Source of the DNA: an uncultured Gammaproteobacteria bacterium
GTDB taxonomy: Bacteria > Pseudomonadota > Gammaproteobacteria > UBA9214
Length of the DNA stretch: 64,000 nucleotides
Direction of reading: 5' to 3'
Assembly (NCBI GenBank): GCA_963748215.1
Contig: CAVVHS010000007.1
Coordinates: 416,001 to 480,000 of the forward strand
Part shown: positions 18,388-28,165 of the stretch, piece after piece
Layout of the letters: each line of letters begins with the position of its first letter
Position numbering within the stretch: the first letter of the stretch is position 1
Notes under the pieces: generated by a model
Told to the model about the DNA's origin: nothing
Database searches by the model: none
Seen by the model: only the letters and a program-made list of their open reading frames with translations
Made by a program: the position numbers and the translations under genes

Positions 18388-20337
18388 ATGAAAGCTGTGT
18401 TGCGCAACGCGACCCGATACGGTGTCGGGGGGATGGTCATACTGCTGTGCTGCGCCGCCGCGTTGTCGTCGGGTGCGGACGAACAACGGACGGGCGGCTG
18501 GCGGCTGGCGAAGGAGTCGAGCCCCTACCTGCAGTTGCACGCGGACAATCCGGTGGCGTGGTACCCGTGGGGCGCGGCAGCGCTGGAGCGGGCGCGTGCG
18601 GAGAACAAGCCGCTGTTCATCTCGATCGGGTATTTCACCTGCCACTGGTGTCACGTGATGGCGCGCGAGTCGTTCAGCGACCCGGCCATCGCGGCCTTGC
18701 TCAACGAACACTTTATCGCCATCAAGATAGACCGCGAGCAGCGTCCTGACCTTGACGATGCCTACATGGAATATGTGACAGTGACCAGCGGGCAGGGCGG
18801 CTGGCCGATGTCGGTGTGGGCGACGCCGCAGGGCGAACCGTTTTTCGGCGGCACCTATTTCCCGCCGCGGGCGTCGCTGGGCCGCAGCGGTTTCCTGGAG
18901 CTGCTGGAGCGGATCGATGCCGCCTGGCGCGAGGACGAGGCAGGGGTGCGCGCGATAGCGCAACATGCGGTGGCGACGCTGCGTGAGCGCGGCCGCTCCG
19001 CGGCGCCCGTGCCACGCCTGACGGACAAGCCGCTGCAAGCTGCACGGCGCGAGTATGCCGCCCGCTACGACGCGCTGCAGGGTGGTTTTAGCCCGGCGCC
19101 GAAGTTTCCGCAACCGGCGCGGCTGCTGTTTCTGCTGGAAGACAGCGACCCGGCCAGCGCGCCCATGGCGCTGGCCACGCTCGACCACATGCTGGCAGGT
19201 GGCATCTATGACCGGCTGGACGGCGGTTTTCACCGCTACTCGACCGACTACGAATGGCGCATACCGCATTTCGAGAAAATGCTCTACGACCAGGCGCTGA
19301 TGGCGCGTGTCTGCCTTAACGCCTGGCGCAACACCGCTAAGACGCGTTATGCCGACTGCGTGCGCGGCGTTCTCGACTTCACCCTGAACGGCATGCGCGA
19401 TCCCCGCGGCGGTTTTTATGCGGCGCTCTCCGCGGACAGCCTCGTGGCGGACAGCCCGGACAGCCATGCCGAGGAGGGCGCCTACTACACCTGGGACTGG
19501 CCGCAACTGGCCGCGGCACTGCCGGACAAGGTATTGCGCGAGTGGGCGGTGCTGCGCTACGGGCTGGAGGAGTCGGGCAATGCCCTGAGCGACCCGCTGG
19601 GTGATATGGCCGGGCGCAATGTGTTGCTGCTGGTGCTGGACGACGATGCGCTGGCCAAACGGTTTGCGCTCGACCCGAAGACCGTACGGCAACGCAATGC
19701 GCGGATCGAGGACGGCCTGCGCGCGGCGCGGCATGCACGGCCGCCGGTGCCGGTCGACGACAAGATCGTCACGGCCTGGAACGGATACCAGATCGTCACG
19801 CTGGCACTGGCCGGCCTGCTGCTGGAGGAGCCACGCTACAGCGATGCCGCACGGCAGGCGGCACAATTCCTCCTGGACGAGTTGTTCGATGCCGGGCGCG
19901 GCGTGCTGTACCGTGACTGGCGCGACGGCGTGCGTGGCGTGCCGGGTTTCCAGGAAGACTACGCGGCGCTGGCGCAGGGACTGCTGACACTGTACCGGAC
20001 CAGCGGGGAACGGCGCTGGCTGAACAGTGCGCGGCGCCTGGTGGACATCATGCGCGAGCGTTTCGAGGACAGGACACACGGCGGTTTCTTCAGTACCGGT
20101 GCCGATACGGAACTCTGGTTGCGTGACAAGCCGGCGGATGACGGCGCCGCGCTGTCCGGTAACGGTATTGCCGTGCATGTGCTGCTGGAACTGGGCCGGT
20201 TGACCGATAACCAGGCTTACCTCGACAGCGCCAGGCGTGTTGCGGCCTGGGCCGCCGCGCAGCTGGACGATTACCCGGCGGCCATGCCGCAGATCCTGCA
20301 GGCCTGGCCGCTGCTGATGGCCATCAAGACGCCATAG
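18388..20337 (+). CDS. thioredoxin-domain YyaL/SSP411 family protein
   Basis: [36 protein letters not shown]; N-terminal signal-like segment. Confidence 0.94.
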   Translation: MKAVLRNATRYGVGGMVILLCCAAALSSGADEQRTGGWRLAKESSPYLQLHADNPVAWYPWGAAALERARAENKPLFISIGYFTCHWCHVMARESFSDPAIAALLNEHFIAIKIDREQRPDLDDAYMEYVTVTSGQGGWPMSVWATPQGEPFFGGTYFPPRASLGRSGFLELLERIDAAWREDEAGVRAIAQHAVATLRERGRSAAPVPRLTDKPLQAARREYAARYDALQGGFSPAPKFPQPARLLFLLEDSDPASAPMALATLDHMLAGGIYDRLDGGFHRYSTDYEWRIPHFEKMLYDQALMARVCLNAWRNTAKTRYADCVRGVLDFTLNGMRDPRGGFYAALSADSLVADSPDSHAEEGAYYTWDWPQLAAALPDKVLREWAVLRYGLEESGNALSDPLGDMAGRNVLLLVLDDDALAKRFALDPKTVRQRNARIEDGLRAARHARPPVPVDDKIVTAWNGYQIVTLALAGLLLEEPRYSDAARQAAQFLLDELFDAGRGVLYRDWRDGVRGVPGFQEDYAALAQGLLTLYRTSGERRWLNSARRLVDIMRERFEDRTHGGFFSTGADTELWLRDKPADDGAALSGNGIAVHVLLELGRLTDNQAYLDSARRVAAWAAAQLDDYPAAMPQILQAWPLLMAIKTP

Positions 20338-20529
20338 GCGGTCAGGCCGCGGGGAAGGGATTTGCTCCCGCGCAGTCCCGGAAGGGGGTGAACCGGTTGT
20401 CTGCCGGCAGGCGCCGGGCATTACACCGCAACCCCGTGACCGGTTTCCCGACAGTCACCGGCAGGCATGCACCGCCCGGGTGCAGTGCCGCTGCTGTGCG
20501 TGACAGCACTGCGACACGAGCGTTTGACA

Positions 20530-22686
20530 ATGCAGCGAAACTCGAAAACACTCCACGCCGTGGATTCCGACGACGACAGTTTTGATGCAGCAATCCGCGC
20601 CCACGATGCAGCAGTGGAGGCCAGCGACCTCGATGTCTGGATAGGTGCCGAGCCGACCTTTACCAACCGCCTCTCCGAGTCGCCGGAATGGCTGACCGAC
20701 GCCCTTGGCGCAAGCAAGCTGGGCTACGCCTGCCACATTATCGAACAGCTCCGCGATAGCTATCCCGGCTCGATCATACTGCGCACCCTGGGACGCCAGT
20801 ATCCCGGGGAAGAGCGACCCCGCTGGAGCCTGGGCCTGTACCAGCGCCGTGACGGTCGCGCGCTGGCCGATGACCTGCCGGCTGATCCGCTGGGGATGGC
20901 GTGTTCCTGCGAAGCGGGACGCCTGACGGCGTTCTGGCAGGCCCTGGCCGCGGCCCTCGGCCGGGATGGCTGGGATGCAGCGGGTTTTCGGGTCGATGGG
21001 GAGATGGGTCTGCGCGTGGTGTTCCGCTGCGACAGGCAGCAGTCGCTGGCCGATCCGGCCACGGATGCGCGCCTCGGGCGGGCGTCACTGCATACGCAGG
21101 CCGTACCGACGGATGGCCTGGCGGATGACCTTGCCGGCGAGGGACTGTATCTGGTCGCGGTTGGCTGCGTGGCCACGGGTCCGGATGACAGCCAGCAGCC
21201 CTGCATCGAGTTGCCGGCGTTTGCGAAGGTCGCGTTGTTCATGGCTTTCATACAGCGTGTCGCGCAGGCGGCGCGTGAGGCGGGACTGACTGCGCTGGTG
21301 TGGCGCGGATTCCCGCCGCCGGTGGACAGGACCGTCGCCTGGACTACACTGACACCGGATCCGGCAGTACTTGAAATCAATGAAGCGCCCGCGTCCTCTG
21401 TTGCCGAGTTTCTGGAGCGGAGCCGCCGGCTGTACGCCCTGGTGGAGGCGCAGGGCCTGGCACCTTACCGGTTGCAATACGACGGCACCGTGTCGGACAG
21501 CGGTGGCGGCGGTCAATTCACACTCGGTGGGCCCACACCGGCGCACAGCCCGTTTTTCGTGGCACCCCGGCTGATGAGTCGCATGGTCGTCTATTTCAAT
21601 CGTCATCCGGCGCTGTCCTACTGGTTTGCACCGCTTTATGTCGGCAGCTTCAGCCAGTCGCCACGCGCGGACGAGAACGTGCTCGAATCGTTCAGCGAAC
21701 TGCAGGTGGCGTTGCAGCATCTGGACGCCACACCCGAACCGGAGCCCGAATACATCTGGCGCAGTCTCAGTCCGTTTCTGGTCGATACCTCGGGCAATGC
21801 CCACCGCAGCGAACTCAACATCGAAAAACTCTGGAATCCCTTACTGCCCGGACGCGGCTGTCTCGGACTGGTCGAGTTGCGTGCGTTTCGCATGGCCATC
21901 GATGCGGAAAGCGCGGCTGCCATTGCCGCCATGCTGCGTGCGCTGGCGGCGATGCTGAGTCGCCAGGCGAGCAGCCGGCAGCTGATCGAGTGGGGCAGCC
22001 GCCTGCACGACCGTTTTGCACTGCCGTTCTACCTGCGCCAGGATCTGGGTGCGGTATTCAGTGACCTGACCGCGGCCGGACTGGGACTTGGTGCACCTGT
22101 CATCGAGCGTCTGCTTGCCGATCACTGGCGGCATATCGGTGATGCCGAGTGCGCCGGTTGCCGGCTCGATGTCGACCAGGCCATCGAATTCTGGCCGCTG
22201 CTGGGCGATGCCGCCACGCAATCGGGCGGTTCGCGCCTGGTGGATGCCAGCACGACACGCCTGCAGATCATGCTGCGGCCCGCGTCCGGTCATGCAGCGG
22301 ATCTCGATGGCTGGCAGCTGCTGGCGGGCCGCTACCGGGTGCCGTTGCGCCGTGACCAGGACGCCTTCGGGGCGGTGCTCATCATGGGCCTGCGTTACCG
22401 TGCCTTTGTACCCTGGGCAGGCCTGCATCCGGGACTCGGTGCGCAGGGGCCGATCGTGCTCACGCTCCTGCCGCCCGGGGGTGAGCGCGGGCTGCGCATC
22501 ACACTGCACGTCTGGCAACCTCAGGGGGAGGCCTATGCGGGTCTGCCTGGATCACTCGACGACGCGCGCAGGCGCATACGCGAGCGGTTCGCCGTGGAGG
22601 TGATCACGGCGGACAGCGCGCCCGAAGGCATCGCGCCGCCGGCCGAAGCGATGTCGGACTACTGTTTCGACCTGCGGCGCACCTGA
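20530..22686 (+). CDS. stand-alone DUF2126 putative amidoligase (no transglutaminase domain)
   Basis: [54 protein letters not shown], all paralleling the protein at 28158-31544. Confidence 0.88.
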   Translation: MQRNSKTLHAVDSDDDSFDAAIRAHDAAVEASDLDVWIGAEPTFTNRLSESPEWLTDALGASKLGYACHIIEQLRDSYPGSIILRTLGRQYPGEERPRWSLGLYQRRDGRALADDLPADPLGMACSCEAGRLTAFWQALAAALGRDGWDAAGFRVDGEMGLRVVFRCDRQQSLADPATDARLGRASLHTQAVPTDGLADDLAGEGLYLVAVGCVATGPDDSQQPCIELPAFAKVALFMAFIQRVAQAAREAGLTALVWRGFPPPVDRTVAWTTLTPDPAVLEINEAPASSVAEFLERSRRLYALVEAQGLAPYRLQYDGTVSDSGGGGQFTLGGPTPAHSPFFVAPRLMSRMVVYFNRHPALSYWFAPLYVGSFSQSPRADENVLESFSELQVALQHLDATPEPEPEYIWRSLSPFLVDTSGNAHRSELNIEKLWNPLLPGRGCLGLVELRAFRMAIDAESAAAIAAMLRALAAMLSRQASSRQLIEWGSRLHDRFALPFYLRQDLGAVFSDLTAAGLGLGAPVIERLLADHWRHIGDAECAGCRLDVDQAIEFWPLLGDAATQSGGSRLVDASTTRLQIMLRPASGHAADLDGWQLLAGRYRVPLRRDQDAFGAVLIMGLRYRAFVPWAGLHPGLGAQGPIVLTLLPPGGERGLRITLHVWQPQGEAYAGLPGSLDDARRRIRERFAVEVITADSAPEGIAPPAEAMSDYCFDLRRT

Positions 22687-22891
22687 GGACAGACGTCGCG
22701 CCCGGTCGGATGTGCCCCGCAGCAGATAGACTTCAGCGTGAAAATGCGCCGCATACATTTCTGCCTGATCAAGCCCGAATACCCTGACCGAAAAATGTAT
22801 CCGGCCTTTTTTCAATTTCCCGATCCGGGCGGTTTCGCGTACAGTGTGCAGGCTCTGAATACCCGATCCCATTACTTACGGAGATGAACTC

Positions 22892-23359
22892 ATGTCGACT
22901 GATACAATCAAATCGAGAAAATCCGGTGCACTGGTGTTGATTCCCGCACTGGCCCTGATGCTGCTGGGTGCCGGCTGCTCGGATAAGGAAACCACGTCCT
23001 CCCAGCAAGTTACACCGGCGGAGGCACCCGCCCCGCAGACTGCGAAACCGGAAGCAATGCCGCCTGTCAAGGCACCCGAACCTGCCGCCGAGGCGCCGGC
23101 CGGGACCGGGATGGCCGCTGCGGGCGGGGAGAAGATCTATCAGTCAAGCTGCCATGCCTGCCACGCGGCCGGTGTTGCGGGTGCGCCGAAACTGGGTGAT
23201 AAAGCGGCCTGGGCACCGCGAATTGCGAAGGGAAATGATGCCCTGCTGTCTTCGGTCAAGAACGGTCTCAACGCCATGCCCCCGAAAGGTGCCTGCATGA
23301 GTTGCAGTGATGACGATCTGCGTTCAGCCGTAGACTACATGGTCGGGCAGGGCTCCTGA
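22892..23359 (+). CDS. cytochrome c5 family lipoprotein
   Basis: Lipobox GAGC, Pro/Ala linker, CHACH, MPPKGACMSC. Confidence 0.93.
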   Translation: MSTDTIKSRKSGALVLIPALALMLLGAGCSDKETTSSQQVTPAEAPAPQTAKPEAMPPVKAPEPAAEAPAGTGMAAAGGEKIYQSSCHACHAAGVAGAPKLGDKAAWAPRIAKGNDALLSSVKNGLNAMPPKGACMSCSDDDLRSAVDYMVGQGS

Positions 23360-23365
23360 CGGTCT

Positions 23366-23434
23366 AAAGGGGCCGGATACTTTTTCGTATAAGGATATAC
23401 CTCGGCCGAAAAATGTATCCGCCCCGTTTTTTTT
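23366..23434. repeat. inverted repeat between convergent genes (possible bidirectional terminator); third copy at 22788-22812
   Basis: AAAGGGGCCGGATACTTTTTCG / CCGAAAAATGTATCCGCCCCGTTTT. Confidence 0.55.
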
Positions 23435-23471
23435 CTTTGCCCTGCCGGGCGTGTCCTGCCGGCAGCCTACC

Positions 23472-24656
23472 TCAGACCCGGTACGGTGCAAGCCGATCGA
23501 CCAGGTATCCGGCGATCTGTTGCAGCAAGGAAGCGCCGCTACCGGGGCGGTCGACGTCCTGGTCCAGCACATAACCGGCATCAAATTCGCGGTGTGCCCT
23601 GACGATCCCGTGCACGAATGCGAGTTTCCGCACCGCCGGATCGGGCAGTGTAAACGGGTACAGGTCCGGAAGCCCCATGCTTCGGTTGAGGCTGTTCAGG
23701 GCATGCGTCAGCGGTATCCAGTGACTGATGATGGTGTCGAAATCCTCGATACGATAGGCATTGAAGCGGGGGTCGGCATGGTGAATGGTGCCGTCCGGCA
23801 GCTCGCGTCTGACCTGCACGCCGTAGTGCCCGGCAGTTTCCAGTGTGTCAATGATATGCAGGTAGTGCGCCCAGGACTCGGCCCAGTCCTCCCATGGGTG
23901 TGAGCTGGCGTAGCGGGAGATATAGCGGCTCTGCCAGTCCCCCGGTGCGCCGGCCTGGTAATGGTTGTCGAGGGCCTGCGGATAGTTGATCCGTTCGTCA
24001 CCGAACAGCTCGCGGAAGGGGGCCAGCGAAGGCGTGTTCCGGATCAGTCGATTCCAGTAATAGTGTCCGCTTTCATGTCTGAAGTGCCCCAGCAGCGTCC
24101 GGTATTTTTCGTTCAGGTCGACGCGGGACCGTTCGCGCAGGGCCGGATCCGCCTCATCGAGGCTGATGATGATATGGCCGTTATCATGCCCGGTGATCAC
24201 GTGTGACCCGGGCGGTGAATCGATATCGGACATAAAGGAAAAGGCCAGTCCCCGTGCGGGGTCTTCCGCACTGGTGTGCAGGGGCAACCCGAGTTTCAGC
24301 AGGCTGTAGATCAGGCGCCGCTTGCTGCGCTCCAGTCGATACCAGCGTTCCGCGAAGCCGGGCCGGGAAAGATTGGGGATGGTCTGGTTGAACTTGCAGG
24401 CGATACAGACACGCTGGCCGGAGTCGACCGGGACCATCCAGTTGCAGACGTTGTGAACCGCGTAGTTTTCGCACTTGCGGTAGCGGTTACCCGCCGCCAT
24501 GTCGGTGAGTGCCTTCCAGGTCCCGTCCGTAGCGGGTTCCAGCGCCGACACGCGCAGAATCTGCGGCAGCACGCCGAGTGCGTGGTTGCAGCGGGTGCAA
24601 ACGCTATTGTCGAAATAGACCGGATTTTTACAGTGTTCGCAGTGAAAGGTTCGCAT
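23472..24656 (-). CDS. putative zinc-binding metallopeptidase (zinc ribbon + DUF2248)
   Basis: CEHC...CTRC, YRTLLGHFRHESGHYYW, HPWEDWAESWAHYLH. Confidence 0.92.
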   Translation of the reverse strand: MRTFHCEHCKNPVYFDNSVCTRCNHALGVLPQILRVSALEPATDGTWKALTDMAAGNRYRKCENYAVHNVCNWMVPVDSGQRVCIACKFNQTIPNLSRPGFAERWYRLERSKRRLIYSLLKLGLPLHTSAEDPARGLAFSFMSDIDSPPGSHVITGHDNGHIIISLDEADPALRERSRVDLNEKYRTLLGHFRHESGHYYWNRLIRNTPSLAPFRELFGDERINYPQALDNHYQAGAPGDWQSRYISRYASSHPWEDWAESWAHYLHIIDTLETAGHYGVQVRRELPDGTIHHADPRFNAYRIEDFDTIISHWIPLTHALNSLNRSMGLPDLYPFTLPDPAVRKLAFVHGIVRAHREFDAGYVLDQDVDRPGSGASLLQQIAGYLVDRLAPYRV

Positions 24657-24686
24657 CTGTCGACCGCTGTTTCCAGGGGGAGGATT

Positions 24687-25607
24687 TCAGCCGCCGGGTG
24701 CCGGTTGAGCCGCCGGTGCATCGGGTTCCGGCAGGCGCTCCATGTCCACCGACACCTGCGGCCGGTGTCCCGGGTCGCCGCCGAACAGTACGCCCTTGAG
24801 TGGCGTGACATCGGCATAGTCCCGTCCCCAGGCCGTGGTGATGTGCTGGTCCAGCGGCACCCGGTTGTTGGTGGGGTCGAAGTCATGCCAGCCGACATCG
24901 GGCAGGTATACCGAGAACCAGGCATGCGATTCGTCGGCCCCGCGCTGCTTGGCCTGGCCCGGTGGCGGCAGGGTTTCCAGGTAGCCGCTCACATAGCGCG
25001 CCGCCAGCCCGAGACTGCGCAGGCAGGCGATCGCCAGGTGGGCGAAGTCCTGGCATACGCCCCGCCGACTGGAGAGGACCTCGGTCAGGGGGGTGGAGAC
25101 GGTGGAAAATCCCGGGTCGTAGGTGAACTCGTGGTGGACGCGCGCCATCAGGTCGCGCACCGACTCCAGCAGCGGCCGGCCGGGCGGGAACGACGGCGCC
25201 GCGTAATCGGCCAGTTCCTGCCCGGTGGGCACCAGCGATGAATCGAGCACGAACTGCCGGTTCTCGCGTGACATGTCCGTGGCGGGTTCCGCCAGGCGCC
25301 TGCGCGCCTCGTCCCAGGGGATGTCAGCTTCAAGTGCCAGCTGGCCGGTCCCGGGATTCAGCTCGATTTCGCTGGTGGCGATGACCGTGAGGGTCTGGTG
25401 CGGTTGCTGAATGGAAAAATAGCTGACATGGTTGCCGAAGTAATCCGCGTGTTCGGCAAGATCCATCGGCAGCGGGTCGATCTGCAGGCGATGTCCCAGG
25501 CACTGCTGGGTGACCAGATTGCGCGGCCGCAGGTGGGCCAGGTTGTGGCACAGGCTGACGGTCATCCCGTAACGGTACTCTGTCTTGTGCACGACACGGT
25601 ATTTCAT
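24687..25607 (-). CDS. transglutaminase family protein
   Basis: Bact_transglu_N-like start; GVCQDFAH, SHAW, DFDPTN triad. Confidence 0.95.
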   Translation of the reverse strand: MKYRVVHKTEYRYGMTVSLCHNLAHLRPRNLVTQQCLGHRLQIDPLPMDLAEHADYFGNHVSYFSIQQPHQTLTVIATSEIELNPGTGQLALEADIPWDEARRRLAEPATDMSRENRQFVLDSSLVPTGQELADYAAPSFPPGRPLLESVRDLMARVHHEFTYDPGFSTVSTPLTEVLSSRRGVCQDFAHLAIACLRSLGLAARYVSGYLETLPPPGQAKQRGADESHAWFSVYLPDVGWHDFDPTNNRVPLDQHITTAWGRDYADVTPLKGVLFGGDPGHRPQVSVDMERLPEPDAPAAQPAPGG

Positions 25608-28165
25608 GACTGTTCTGATTCTTCATCGACCAGCTGGTAGGGCCGCTCGGCATGGGTGAAATAGGTTGACGTCAGGGCATTGGAGGTGTCACCCAGGTGC
25701 TGGCCGAGCCCGGCGAGCAGGTTTTCGAGTCGCGGCCTGATACCGCCGTCCGCCTGCGCCAGTTCCTCCGCATTCGCCAGTTCGAGCTGGGTGGTGGCTT
25801 CGAGCACGAGTCGCATTTCCCGCTTGTAGGGACGTCGGTCCTGTCCCGGTAACACGGCGAGATGCTGCCGCGCCGCGTGCAACTGGTAGACGAGGGAGCG
25901 GCTGTTGGTTTCATCCAGCAGCAGCAGGTCCAGCGTGGCTTCCAGCTGCGGCCGGTTGCGAAAACGGCGTCGATAGAGGGTGAAGCTCTCGGTAACGGCC
26001 AGCACCGACTCCAGCAGCAGGACCTCGATTTCCGGCGCCACGCGGCTGGTCAGCACGGCGCGCAGCAGCGCGATCAGCAGCAAGGCGCGCTCGATGCGTC
26101 TGCCCAGGTTGAAGAAGTGCCAGCCCAGGTCCCGGCTCATGCTTTCGCTGGCGGCGCCGGCGATGGCCATCAGGGCGGTGATGATGCGGTCCTGTGTGTC
26201 CTGCAGGAACTGCAGATCGGTGTGACCGCCTTGCGCAAGGCCGTCCAGTTCGTCACCGATGTCATTGAATACCCGCCGCGCGTCGCTGCTCACCAGGTTG
26301 CGAACGGCGTAGGCCGCGTTGAGGCAGTCCGACAGGTTGGCGGCCAGGGTTCCGGTGCGCCGCCGGTTGCAGATCAGGTCGATAAGCTCCGCCTGCGGCT
26401 CGGCCAGGCGTTGCTCGGCGCCGACCCCCGTGAAGCCGGGGTAGGTCATGCTCATGTGGGTCAGACCCCGCAGCAGCATGTCCAGGGTCGTCTGGTAGAC
26501 CGGGTCCGTCAGCTGCAGGGTTTCGTTGCGGCGTGTGTGGATGTTGCGGATCAGCCGGATCATGTCCTCGGCACGCTCGGCGTAGCGTGCCAGCCAGAAC
26601 AGGTTTTCGGCGGCCAGGCCGGGCAGGGTCTCCTGCGATTGCGGGAAGATGCCCTTGCCCTGGGGCAGCAGTGTCACGATCTGCTCGGGTTCGGAGGCCA
26701 GCACCCAGGTGTCCTTGCTGACGGCGCCGGCCTGGTTGGACACTAACCGGCTTTCCGGTGTCTCGCCGACGCGGGTCAGTCCGCCCGGCATGACCGTGAA
26801 ACTGTCCTGGCCGGCGGCCAGGAAGGTGCGCAGCACGCTATGGCGCGGTTCCAGCCGGCCCGCGTTCAGCGTCGGCGCCGATGACGGTATCAGTCGTTCC
26901 TGACCGATGTACTGGTGGGGCTGCGCCTTGATGCGCTCGCGCCATTCTGCCAGTCCTGTGGCATCGAGCTGGTCGCCGAACACCGGCTGGCCGCCCCGCT
27001 TGACCGGTCGCAGTACCAGGGTGGCGAGGTTGGCCAGCACGTAGTCACGCTCCCGCGGCTGTCCGCACCACCAGGTGGCGACCGAGGGCAGCCGCAGTTC
27101 CTGTCCCAGCAAATGCCTCGCCAGCCGGGGCAGGAAGGCCATCAGGCCGGGACTCTCCAGGATGCCCGCGCCGATCGAATTGGCGATGGCAACCCGTCCG
27201 CGACGCATCACTTCCACCAGCCCGGGGACACCGAGCAGGGAGTCGGGGCGCAGTTCCAGCGGGTCACAGTAGTGATCGTCGACGCGCCTGAGAATGACAT
27301 CCACCGGGGCCAGCCCGCTGACGGACTTGAGCCAGACCCGACCGTCGCGCACGGTCAGGTTGGCGCCCTCGATCAGGGTGTAATCGAGGTAGTTGGCAAG
27401 GTACAGGTGTTCGAAATAGGTTTCGTTGTGCGGCCCGGGGGTCATGATCACCACCCGCGGGTCCTCGCGCGCCGGTTCCGGCGCCAGGTTTGCCAGCGAC
27501 TCGCGCAGGCGGCGGAAGAAGGGGGCCAGCCGGTGCGGGTGGGAATCGCGGAACAGGCTGGGAATCAGGCGCGACATGACGGTGCGGTTTTCCAGCGCAT
27601 AGCCCATGCCCGAGGGGGCCTGGGTGCGGTCCTTGAGGACCCGGAACCGGCCGTCATTGCCGCGCACCAGGTCCGCGGCAAACAGGCTCAGTCCCGGCGG
27701 CCTGGCGGGCGGAGCGACCACGCAGGAACGCTGGAAGCCGGGATCGCCATACACCAGGTCCGGCGGGATCAGGCCCTTCCTGATCAGGCTGCAGGGACCG
27801 TAGAGATCCTGCAGGATCAGGTTGAGCAGCTCCGCCCGCTGCATCAGGCCGGACTCGATGCCGGCCCATTCGCTGCTGCTGATCAGCAGCGGTACCGGGT
27901 CGAGCTGCCAGGCCCGGTTGAGGCCGTCCTGAGCGCCGTAGACATTGTAGGTGGCGCCGTCGCTGCGCAGCATGCGGACTGTGTCACGCTGCCGCTGCTG
28001 CAGCACCTCGGGACCCATGGCATCCAGCGCGCTGATCAGGTACTGCCAGTGTTTGCGCACCGTGCCGTCTCCGGTGCACATCTCGTCATAGCCTGACGGC
28101 GACCGCGCGTAGGCCGGACAGGCTGCGCTGCGGTCGGGGGTGTTCATGGTTGGCGTATCAGTCAC
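25604..28165 (-). CDS. circularly permuted ATP-grasp + alpha-E fusion
   Basis: APSGMGYALENR, VILRRVDD and SKDTWV, followed by FWLARYAERAE and GRRIERA. Confidence 0.93.
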   Translation of the reverse strand: MTDTPTMNTPDRSAACPAYARSPSGYDEMCTGDGTVRKHWQYLISALDAMGPEVLQQRQRDTVRMLRSDGATYNVYGAQDGLNRAWQLDPVPLLISSSEWAGIESGLMQRAELLNLILQDLYGPCSLIRKGLIPPDLVYGDPGFQRSCVVAPPARPPGLSLFAADLVRGNDGRFRVLKDRTQAPSGMGYALENRTVMSRLIPSLFRDSHPHRLAPFFRRLRESLANLAPEPAREDPRVVIMTPGPHNETYFEHLYLANYLDYTLIEGANLTVRDGRVWLKSVSGLAPVDVILRRVDDHYCDPLELRPDSLLGVPGLVEVMRRGRVAIANSIGAGILESPGLMAFLPRLARHLLGQELRLPSVATWWCGQPRERDYVLANLATLVLRPVKRGGQPVFGDQLDATGLAEWRERIKAQPHQYIGQERLIPSSAPTLNAGRLEPRHSVLRTFLAAGQDSFTVMPGGLTRVGETPESRLVSNQAGAVSKDTWVLASEPEQIVTLLPQGKGIFPQSQETLPGLAAENLFWLARYAERAEDMIRLIRNIHTRRNETLQLTDPVYQTTLDMLLRGLTHMSMTYPGFTGVGAEQRLAEPQAELIDLICNRRRTGTLAANLSDCLNAAYAVRNLVSSDARRVFNDIGDELDGLAQGGHTDLQFLQDTQDRIITALMAIAGAASESMSRDLGWHFFNLGRRIERALLLIALLRAVLTSRVAPEIEVLLLESVLAVTESFTLYRRRFRNRPQLEATLDLLLLDETNSRSLVYQLHAARQHLAVLPGQDRRPYKREMRLVLEATTQLELANAEELAQADGGIRPRLENLLAGLGQHLGDTSNALTSTYFTHAERPYQLVDEESEQS

